A DNA stretch of 64,000 nucleotides, taken from the NCBI RefSeq assembly GCF_006345805.1, contig NC_043001.1, forward strand, positions 39,060,001-39,124,000, read 5' to 3'. Position 1 is the stretch's first letter. Each line of letters starts with the position of its first letter. The notes under the pieces are model-generated. The model did no database searches. It saw only the letters and a list, made by a program, of their open reading frames with translations, and was not told the origin of the DNA. Position numbers and translations under genes: made by a program. This document shows, piece by piece, positions 51,075-61,734 of this stretch. This DNA comes from Octopus sinensis. Lineage: Eukaryota.

Positions 51075-51335
51075 GTGTTCTGCCACATAAAGTTGCCCAT
51101 GTGAAAAGCATGGCTCTCCTAAATGTATGACCGCCACTGATAGTGTTCAGCCTTGGGATTTGTTGATGAACATAGCAATCTGCAGATGTTAAACGGTATG
51201 TCTGACCTCGTGGGATAAAGGTGCATCCTTGAAATGAAAACATTTCTCCACTCCCGTTCCCCGTAACAATGGTGGTCTCAATAAAGTGGGGCGTCAGGGA
51301 CTTGACTATGAAGCAGGTCTCTTTGCACTGTTTAG
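51075..51335 (-). mobile_element. Helitron PIF1-like helicase fragment (motifs V-VI)
   Basis: CKETCFIVKSLTPHFIETTIVTGNGSGE, then in another frame AMFINKSQG*TLSVAVIHLGEPCFSHGQLYVA. Confidence 0.8.
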
Positions 51336-52003
51336 GCAGATAAAGTGTGTACTCTTTATCCATTTTAGTTTTATTGAATGATTGTGTAAAATTTTCTTAA
51401 CAATAGGATATATTGTAAGTCTACACTCACACACACACACACACACAAATATACACTTGCTGTTGTTGTTGTGATGCATGTACTCTTTATCTCATTTGAG
51501 TTGTTGTTTTGAGTGGCAGGAGATAAGTTTCAGCGAACTTGAATAGCATGTTTGGAACTCATTTTTAATTTTGAAATGCCACATATCAAAAAATGCTTTA
51601 AATCACATAGGAAGAAAAATGGCTACAGCACGAAGTCATCAATTTGCTTTGATTTGTTTTGATTGCTGAGAAAGAAAAAGTACGTACAGAGAATTTCATA
51701 AACAAAAATAATTAAGTTGTGGCTGAAAATAACAGTCAAATAAAGAATTTAAATATTAAAACAAACAGAAATTAAGAAACAAAATGTGCTAGTTGCTAAT
51801 TACATCATCATTAGGTTTTTGTTTTCTAACTGAATAAACCAGTCTCACATGTATTATATATAGGTGAGAGAGATGGTATGTGAAAGCACATGGTTGGATG
51901 TATAAAAGACAAAAAAGAGGAAAAAACTACAGAAGGCTTGTGTAATATGGTTAAAGAATATATTAAAATCATTATGTTAGAAAAATGTTATAAAACTTTG
52001 CGT

Positions 52004-52412
52004 ATAGGCGCAGGAGTGGCTGTGTGGTAAGTAGCTTGTTTACCAACCACATGGTTCCGGGTTCAGTCCCACTGCGTGGCACCCTGGGCAAGTGTCTTCT
52101 ACTATAGCCTCGGGCCGACCAAAGCCTTGTGAGTGGATTTGGTAGACGGGAACTGAAAGAAGCCCGTCGTATATATGTATATATATATATATGCGTGTGT
52201 GTGTTTGTTTGTCTGTGTTTGTACCCCTAGCATTGCTTGACAACCGATGCTGGTGTGTTTATGTCCCCGTTACTTAGCGGTTTGGCAAAAGAGACCGATA
52301 GAATAAGTACTGGGCTTACAAAAGAATAAGTCCCGGGGTCGATTTGCTCGATTAAAGGTGGTGCTCCAGCATAGCCACAGTCAAATGACTGAAACAAGTA
52401 AAAGAGTAAAAG
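52004..52412 (+). mobile_element. tRNA-derived SINE, near full length
   Basis: ggcgcaggagtggctgtgtggtaag...ggttcagtccc head, gggcaagtgtcttc, internal (TA)/(TG) tract, 3' gactgaaacaagtaaaaga. Confidence 0.9.
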
Positions 52413-52419
52413 AGTATAG

Positions 52420-54145
52420 TAATATAATTTTTGGAGAAATAACCGGTTTCATATTTTCTTTTCAAATTTCTAAATGAAACCATTAAAAAATCACCAAAGA
52501 CGTACATACATGTACCAAACCCAGGGGACATAAAACTACAACCAATTGTAGCTGGCCCAGCCTGTGAATCACTCAGACTAAATCTATTTATAGTCATCCT
52601 CCTTAAACACATCAATAGCCATACCAGAGGTGACTTGGATATGTTAAAATCACCTTCCAAAAAAAGTCAAGGAAGAAACAATCATGGTTTCATTTGATAT
52701 AGTTAATTTATATACCAGTATACCTCATAATTATGGCCTAGAGGCAATTCAGTTCTGGCTCGATCAATTTCCGGAAGAAATACCAAAAAGGATCAGTAAA
52801 GAATTCATAACTAAATCGATTGAATTCATCCTACAAAATAACCACGTCATGATTGACAATGCATTTTACCATTAAAAATTCAGAATTGTTATGGGTACTA
52901 GGGCAGCACCAGTCATTGCGAACCTAACAATGGGCTACCTGGAGGTAATAATATGCCAAGAATCTTTATCTACCTTTGGAAACCCCTTTTCCCAATACAT
53001 AAAAGAAAATTGGAAAAGTTTCCTAGATGACTGTTTCATAATATAGAATGAAAACAAAGAAAAACTCCTAAAATTCAAAAGCCTATTGAACGGCGTCAAC
53101 CCAAACATACAGTTCACAATGGAGTACAACCAAAAGGAGCTTCCATTCTTAGATATACTAATTAAAAAAATAAACCTAAAAACAGAAATGGACATATTTT
53201 ACAAAACCACAGACGCCAGACAATATCTACTTTTTGATTCATGCCACCCAAGACACACCAAAACAAACATCCCATTCAACCTTGCAAGAAGGATATGCAC
53301 AATAGTGTCAGAACAAAATACCAGAAACTTTAAATGGCAAGAACTCAAAAACACCCTAATTGACAGACACTACCCAGTTCAACTCATAGAGGATGGAATC
53401 AGACGTGCAACACAAATCGACATAGAAACGTTAAGAAAAGTTCAACACAGCAACACACCTTCACCGAAAATACTGCCGTACATTTCCACATACAACCCCA
53501 GAAACAAAGAAGCCTTCACCATCATCACCCAAAATTTACCAACGCTACATAAGGACCCCAAATTAAAGAAAATTTTACATATACATAAAATCATTAAAAG
53601 CTACAAACAACTGAAATCACTAAAAAAGATCCTCACAAAGGCAAAATTATTTTCTAAAATAACGGATGCAAAAGTGAAGAAATGTGGTAGACCAAATTGC
53701 ACAACATGCCCCAAACCTTCTAAAAGGATCAGAATTCCTCTTCAAGGAGGGACAAAAATTCAAAATCAAATCTAATTTTACTTGTGCTTCAGAAAACCTG
53801 ATTTATGCCATAAGATTCTTGGGCTGCCACCAAAACTACATAGGGTCCACGGGATTATCACTCAGATGCAGATGCACTCTGCATTGACAGCAGATTGCAT
53901 TCCCAGAATACAGAATGATACCCTTTAGTGAACATATTGAGTAATGTGCAAAGCAACTACTACCACAATTTATAATCTTTCCATTCTATCAATGTACCAT
54001 TGGAACTCCAACACAAGTTAGATTAAATAAGGATACCTTCTTCATTGAAAATATAAGCCAAAACTTAACCATTTCTAACATTTTTAAATAAGGAAACTCA
54101 CCTCATTGAAAAAAATATAAAGCAAAACCTAACCACTTGTAACAT
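52420..54145 (+). mobile_element. Penelope-like element (RT and GIY-YIG), 5'-truncated, decayed
   Basis: LQPIVAGP, VSFDIVNLYTSIP, MGTRAAP, FLDDCFI, LPFLDILI, CGRPNCTTCP, NLIYAIRFLGCHQNYIGSTG. Confidence 0.92.
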
Positions 54146-54239
54146 TCTATTCCTTCTGAACCAAATCATGTTAAATTAGTCATTCCCAATATGTTTGATT
54201 ATCTTCTGTGTAAACTGTGGTATGGAGGTATGATATCTA

Positions 54240-54563
54240 CTATGTATATTTCCTATTTAGTATTGGGGAGGTTTCCTTTATAAGGATGTACTCCCATATT
54301 TGTTTGAGTGTTGGGTCTTTTGGGTGCTTGGATAAGATGTGGATGTCAAGTTGACCCAAGTTGCCTCCGTGGTGGTCTTTGGCATGTTGGTAGAGTATGG
54401 AGGACTGTTTTTTGTCATCATATTGTCTCAGATGTTCATTTAGTTGTTCCGCAATGCTCCTAGATGTCTCCCCTATGTACATCATGTTCATGTCTTTACA
54501 AGCACCTTCTGCGCATCTTATGTTGTAAACTACATTTCAAGGTCTACAGTTAATGCCAGGGTT
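54240..54563 (-). mobile_element. Second Penelope-like family, GIY-YIG fragment, with an inverted partial copy at 54660-54762
   Basis: NVVYNIRCAEGACKDMNMMYIGETSRSIAEQLNEH...ILYQHAKDHH...ILNRK*. Confidence 0.8.
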
Positions 54564-56197
54564 AATCCTACTTACCATGCAGTTATCATTGGTGCATATG
54601 GTATTCTCAAAGGGTACATCCTACATAGTTGTGATCTGACGGAGTTTCCTGACTTTTCAAACCCTGGCATTAACTGTAGACCTCGAAATGTAGTTTACAG
54701 CAGAAGATGCATAGAAGGTGCTTGTAAAGACATGAACATGATGTACATAGGGGAGATATCTATATTAAGTATGCAATATGTATAAATATTAAACTATTTC
54801 TAATATAATTTCTTTTCCTCCCTCTATTGTGGTAAAAGTTTGATATATACTCAAAAGTATTCATAAATTTCTATCTTTTGTTACAATATTATTCTTAATA
54901 ATCTTTTGAATAACTTTATCTGTATACAATATAGCAACATTGTTTTATAGTATTCAACTATAGTACTACATGATAAGACTTCCCCTTTTCATTATCAATG
55001 GTCTGCTAGTGGGTGACCCCTTAATTATCAGCTAACATCTTCTTTCAAGTTTTTTATATCTTTACTGGAAAAATATATGAGTCCAATTAATTAAAATAAA
55101 AATACTTGAAATACATCATATACTTAATTTAAGCTAAATTACTATAATTTAATCTATATTCATTAATTAATTAAATTATATATTTATTTACTAATTAAAT
55201 AAACATCTAATTTGATATGATTCTAACTATGTACTAAACCCTACACAAACATGTGTACACTTATAATATATCTTATATCAACAATGCTGCAGACACAACC
55301 CTGCAATAGTATTTTGTATATATTTCAAAAATATACTCACAAATAATTTAAACTTATTAAATTAATTTATGTCTAGAAGTAATATTTCGCTCATTGATAG
55401 AATAAACAAAGTACTTATTATTATTATTAAATTCAATAGTATATAAAGAAAAAAAGAAAAAACTTTTCACTACCTATACTGTAATATTTTACATTACAAA
55501 CTATTTCACAAAACAACCACGAATAATACTTTTAGATTTTAGTTCTCATATAATAATTATTATAATAAGAATAATTAAATAAATGAAAGTATTTTAAATT
55601 ATAATTAAATAAATAAAATTAGAAATACATATTTTTTTAATCAATAATCATATGAATTTCACCATTATTTCTTAAATAAAATGTATACTTATTTTTTCAA
55701 AGATATTTTTTGAACTAAAAAATTTTAAATTAAAACATATAACTTAGTGTTTATATGTCCAGATCTAATATTTCGAATATTAAGGGAATAACGAAAGTAC
55801 TTATTATTATTATTATTCAATTCAATAGTACAAAAGAAATTAAAACATTTCCTTACCTATACTATAATATTTTACGTTACAAACTATTTCACAAAGCAAC
55901 CACACTTAATGCTTCGATTAAATTTAAATTTAATTGTAATTTAAATTGAAGATATGGCCACAAATATATGTAGTCTATTTACTATTTATATACTGTTTGT
56001 TTATTTATTATTATGTACTTTATTGTGTTCTTGGTAAATGTTTTATCATATATTTTAGTTTTTCTATATGGTATGATTTACGTCTATCATTGTTTGAATT
56101 ACATAATAGTGGCTTTTCTCTAATTTATATATATATATATATTACGGTGATATACTTGCATAGTGAGTGACTTGATCTGAGTTCATGTGATGGAATG

Positions 56198-56372
56198 AAA
56201 ACAATTGCAGTGTGGAAGGTGTTTATAAACCATTTAAGAAACACACAAAAACCGTTAGATTCACTTCAACATTTAAATTTAATTTGTCAAAATATTTCGT
56301 CGCTTTGAGACTGCAACCTGTTCACTGACAAAACTTTGTGTTTATAAACACCTTCCACACTGCAATTGTTTT
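56198..56372. repeat. 175-bp element with perfect 33-bp inverted termini
   Basis: aaaacaattgcagtgtggaaggtgtttataaac (56198-56230) is exactly inverted at 56340-56372. Confidence 0.9.
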
Positions 56373-56387
56373 TATATATATATATAA

Positions 56388-59355
56388 ATTTCCCAGGCGA
56401 AGAATGTACCCCACAACATAGACTGGTAGTTAGTGACTTTAGGATCAAGACTAAGAGGACGACCACAAGATGACCAACATGGAGAAGAAGGATCTGGAAG
56501 CTTAAAAATCCAACAAATGGACAGAGATTTAGAGACATATTACTTGAAGCCTTTGACGAAATAGAAGGGGATATAGCTTCACATGGGGCAGAAGACAACT
56601 GGAGGTCTCTAAGGGACAACCTGCTGAGAGCCACTGACCAAATCTGTGGTTGGTGCAAAGTCCTCTCAAGACCCAAAATAACGTGTTGGTGGAAAATATA
56701 GTTGACAGGGCTATTAGACAAAAGAAACAGGCTTGGAAGGACTGGAAGAACGGTGGTAGCAGGGAAGTGTATCAGACTGCCAGAAGGGAAGCTAGAAGGC
56801 AGGTGTATTTAGCCAGAGGGGAAGCAGATAAGAAAAAATTTAACAATGTTCTGCACCATGAGGAAGAAAGACTTGAGGTATTTCGTGTTGCAAGACAGAA
56901 TGTGAGAGAAAATCGTGATGTGGTAGGACAGAAATGTGTTCGCATGGATGATGGTTCACTTGCGCTAAATGAGGATGCAAAGAGAGAGGTTTGGAGACGC
57001 CACTATGAAAGGTTGCTGAATAAAGAAAATGAATGGGATAAAGAGAGTCTGCCGAATGTCGACCCAACAGAGGGGCAAGCTATCCGAGTTGACAGTTCCT
57101 TGGTAGTTAAGGCAATTAGAAGCATGAAGAGAGGGAAAGCCCCAGACCCATCATAATTTAATGCAGAGATGCTCAAAATATCTGGCAGTGTCGGCTATAG
57201 CCCAGTAACCCATATAGTTAGCCAGGTGATACACGAAGGAGTCATACCCAATGACTGGTGTAGCAGCATAATAGTCAACTGCTAAAAAGTTAAAGATGAC
57301 GCCCTATATACAAATAACAACAGGGGTATCAAGCTATTGGATCAGGTAATGAAGGTTACGGAGAGAGTCATAGCCCAACTAATTAGAGAGAGAGTTAGTT
57401 TAGATGAGGTGCAGTTTGGGTTTGTGCTAGGGAAAAGTACTACTGATGCTATATTCCTGGTAAGACAGCTGCAGGAGAAATACCTAGCCAAAGACAAGCC
57501 CCTGTACCTGGCTTTTGTTGACATGGAGAAAGCCTTCGATAGGGTCCTCCCATCACTTATCTGGTGGTCAATGAGGAAACTAGGGATAGATGAATTGTTA
57601 GTGAGAGCTGTGCGAGCCATGTACAGGGATGCTACTAGTAAGGTGAGGGTTGGCAACGAGTACAGTGAAGAATTCTGGGTAGAGGTTGGGGTCCACAAAG
57701 GTTCAGTCCTCAGCCCCCTCCTATTTATTATAGTCCTCCAGGCAATAATGGAGGAATTCAAGACAGGATGCCCCTGGGAGCTCCTCTATGCTGATGACCT
57801 TGTTCTAATTGCTGAGTCACTATCAGAACTGGAGAAGTTTCAGGTGTGGAAGCAAGGATTAGAATCAAAGGGCCTTAGAGTCAACCTAGCTAAACCGAAG
57901 TCCTAATAAGTAGGAAAGTAGACAAATCACAAACGCCTTCAGGCAGATGGCCCTGCTCGATCTGTAGAAAAGGCGTAGGTAGAAACTCTATAAGATGCAC
58001 CAAGTATAAGCTATGGACACATAAGAGGTGCAGCAATGTCAAAGGAAGGCTAACTAGGAAGATAGTTTTTGTATGTGGCAGATGCTCAAGAGCAAAAACA
58101 CTGAAAATGTGCAGAGACCAACTTCCACCACATTCCAGGGAGAAAAACTAGAAATAGTTGATAGCTTCCGTTACCTAGGTGACCAAGTCAGTAGCGGGGG
58201 TGGGTGTGCTGAAAGTGTAACTGTTAGAGTAAGAATAGCCTGGGCAAAGTTCAGAGAGCTCTTACCCCTGCTGGTGACAAAGGGCTTCTCGCTCAGAGTA
58301 AAAGGCAGACTATACGATGCATGTGTACGAACAGCCATGCTACATGGTAGTGAAACATGGGCTGTGACTGCTGAGGATATGTGTAAGCTCGCAAGAAATG
58401 AAGCCAGTATGCTCCGATGGATGTGTAATGTCAGTGTTCATACTCGACAGAGTGTAAGTACCTTGAGAGAAAAGTTGGACCTAAGAAGCATCAGCTGTGG
58501 TTTGCAAGAGAGACGTATGCGCTGGTATGGTTATGTGACGAGAATGGCTGAAGATAGTTGTGTGAAAATGTGCCACATCCTAGCGGTTGAGGGAACCTGT
58601 GGAAGAGGTAGACCCAGGAAAACCTGGGACGAGGTAGTGAAGCACGACCACCAAACTTTATGTTTCACCGACGAAGTGACTAGAGACCGAGACCTATGGA
58701 AGTATGCTGTGCATGAGAAGACCTGGCAGGACAAGCGAGACCATAACCCATGGCCTCTATCTGGGATGTAGCCAGTCCACTTATGCATACCTTTCCTTCT
58801 TGGGACACAAAACTCTATTTGTGAAGACCTGTTGAGGCAAGTGGAAATCAGAATCAAAATCGAAATCGATCAACATCAATGGAAATTGTAGCTATGATAC
58901 CAGTGCCAGGGGCACGTAAGCGAACAATCCAAATGTGGCCGTTGCCAGTACTTCCCCGGCGGGTCTCTGTGCCGGTGGCACATAAAAAGCACCATCTGAT
59001 TGTGGCCGTTGCCAGCCTGGCCTGGCCCCTGTGCTGGTGGCACGTAAAAAGCACCATTGGATCGTGGCCATTGCCAATTTCTTCCCTGGCCCCTGTGCCG
59101 GTGGCACGTAAAAAGCACCATCCGACTGTGGCCATTTGCCAGCTCCACCTGGCACCTGTGCTGGTGGCACGTAAAAAGCACCCACTACACTCACGGAGTG
59201 GTTGGCGTTAGGAAGGGCATCCAACCGTAGAAACATTGCCAGATCAGACTGGGCCTGGTGCAGCCTTCTGGCTTCCCAGACCCCAGTTGAACTCTCCAAC
59301 CCATGCTAGCATGGAAAGCGAATGCTAAATGATGATGATGATGATGATGATGATG
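56388..59355 (+). mobile_element. RTE-clade LINE, best-preserved copy; 5'-truncated, non-autonomous
   Basis: ORF pieces 56650-57156, 57337-57906 (LAFVDMEKAFD, WELLYADDL) and 58073-58771; PHD-like insert at 57954-58085; four ~62-bp 3' UTR units; (GAT)n tail; a few stops and frameshifts. Confidence 0.97.
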
Positions 59356-59751
59356 ATATATACGTCTTATGTGAATATGTACTCCTTTATTATTTTATTT
59401 GTATCTTCCCTTACACATGCACCCTTGTATGTGTGTGTATGTGTGTATCTATGTATGACTGTATATCCTTGTGATAAGTGTATACGTTTTTCTATAATTT
59501 GTAAATCAATAATTTTCTCCTTCATATATTTGTATTTGTGCTTATTCTTTTTTTATTGTCTCCCCTACCCGGGCTAGTTTTTGAGTAAGAGAACACTTCT
59601 GAGTACACTGGCCTGTCCTGTCTGAGATCATTGTTTCTCTTTGTTAAGTTTTTTTTGTTTTGTTTTTTTCTCTGCTTGTATGTACCATTTTACTTAAATA
59701 TTGTATCATTTTTAAACATAGTCTTGTCTCTCAGGTTTAAGCCTCTTGTAA

Positions 59752-60785
59752 TCATCATCATCATCATCATCGTTTAACATCCGTTCTCCATGCTAGCATG
59801 GGTTGGACGGTTCGACCGGGGTTCTGGGAAGCCAGAAGGCTGCACCAGGCTCCAGTCTAATCTGGCAATGTTTCTACAGCTGGATGCCCTTCCTAACGCC
59901 AACCACTCCATGAGTGTAGTGGGTGCTTTTTACGTGCCACCTGCACAGGTGCCAGGCGAGGCTGGCAACGGCCACGGTCGGATTGGTGTATTTTATGTGC
60001 CACCGGCACGGAAGCCAGTCGAGGCGGTGCTGGCATTGGCCACGAGTCGGATAGTGCTTTTTACGTACCACCAGACCAGGGATCCTGGTTGGTTCAATTC
60101 GATTTCGATTTCGCTTGCCCCAACATGTCTTCACAAGCAAAGGGGGTTGGCATGGGTGCCTGTCGTACGGTCGGATTGGAGTATTTTACGTGCCACCGGC
60201 ACGGAAGCCAGTCGAAGCGGCGCTGGCGTCGGCCACGAGTCGGATAGTGCTTTTTACGTACCACCAGACCAGGGATCCTGGCTGGTTCAATTCGGTTTCG
60301 ATTTCGCTTGCCCCAACATGTCTTCGCAAGCAGGGGGGGGTTGGCATGGGTGTCTGTCGTCGGATGAGGTTCTATATCGACTTCGCTTGCCTCAACAGGT
60401 CTTTGTGTCCAAGGGAGGAAAGGCATTCATAAGTGGGCTGGGCTCACTTGTCCTGCCTGGTCTTCTCACGTACAGAATATTTCCAAATGTCTCGGTCGCT
60501 GGTCATTTCCTCAGTGAGGCCTAAAGTTCGAAGGTCGTGCTTCACCACCTCGTCCCAGGTTTTCCTGGGTCTACCTCTTCCACGGGTTCCCTCAGCTGCT
60601 AGGGATTGGCATTTTCTCACACACCTATCTTCATCCATTCTCGCCACATGACCATACCAGCGCAATCGTCTCTCTTGCACACCACAACTGATGATTCTTA
60701 GGTACAACATTTCTCTCAAGGTGCTAACGCTCTGTCGAGTATGTACACTGACATTACACATCCTTCGGAGCATACTGGCTTCATT
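59752..60785 (-). mobile_element. RTE 3' fragment, young, with a 193-bp tandem duplication in the 3' UTR
   Basis: RNEASMLRRMCNV...GRGRPRKTWDEVVKHDL (60444 ORF); 59975-60167 is repeated at 60168-60360. Confidence 0.95.
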
Positions 60786-61734
60786 CCTCATATATTTTCG
60801 TTTTCCATTATTAATATGTATACATATAATTCTCTATGGATTTTTTCTGCTAGTGAACCTGTTGCGTTATATTCTACTAGACACATGTGGGTTTGTTTAT
60901 ATTATACTTTGTCTCAGCCTGTTATTATTTCTTTAAACATATCCATTAGATTTTTATTTGTATGTTCTAGTTTACTGCACATATAGACTTGCATACACAT
61001 TGATATGTCTTTCTTTTTCTTCCCTCCTACTATTATTATTTTTCCCTTTTACAACTTGTTTGTAAATATCCGATTTTTTCCTATTACCCCATCTGTATTC
61101 TCTCTCATTGTACCTTATTTTATTTTATTTTACTTTATTTTTAAAAAAATTTTTCTTTTATTAAACTTTTTTGATGTTGTTCCAAAAATTCCTCACACTG
61201 ATAAGAATGACACTGCATAAATTTAATTATAAATACTATGATTATAATTTTTTCTTACATATATTTTTGTCTTTCAAAATGTGCATATGTATTGAATCCA
61301 ATTTTGTATTAAATCTAATTTTGATTCAACATCATTTTTCTCCATTGTTTATACTTGTTTTTGATATATTTATACCTATAATGAAATTTTTCAACTATAT
61401 ATATTTGTATAAATATATATTTGATTACCTAAGTCTGAGGAGCTAGGTTCATATGACAAGCCTACAAAACTTTAGGTTGCTTGGAGTCAAACCAAACTGT
61501 TATTAAATACTAACATACGTATTCCTAGTCAAATGCATTGAGTGCCTCTTTCTTTCGTTTCTCCAATCATTCAGTTCACTCTATAAGTTGGTTGGTGTTA
61601 GCAAGGGCATCTAGTCATAAAACCCCTGCCAAAACAGGTAGTGAAACCAGATGCAATCTTCTGCCAAGCCAGCCCGTCAAATATCCAACCCAGATGTGAA
61701 ATGATGATGATGATGATTTGTGATTGGAGCAAAG

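Noticed and set aside
58970-59190. CRISPR-like array of ~20-nt repeats with spacers (also 40460-40780)
   Set aside because: The spacers are homologous to each other, the array lies in a LINE 3' UTR, and the context is eukaryotic with no cas genes.
59790-60524. 244-aa ORF as a novel protein
   Set aside because: Antisense reading of a repetitive RTE 3' UTR; likewise 58854-59299 and 8745-9048.
60790-61440. Minus-strand A-rich region as decayed L1 endonuclease or host exon
   Set aside because: Only an IIVGG-like word and many stops; not supportable.
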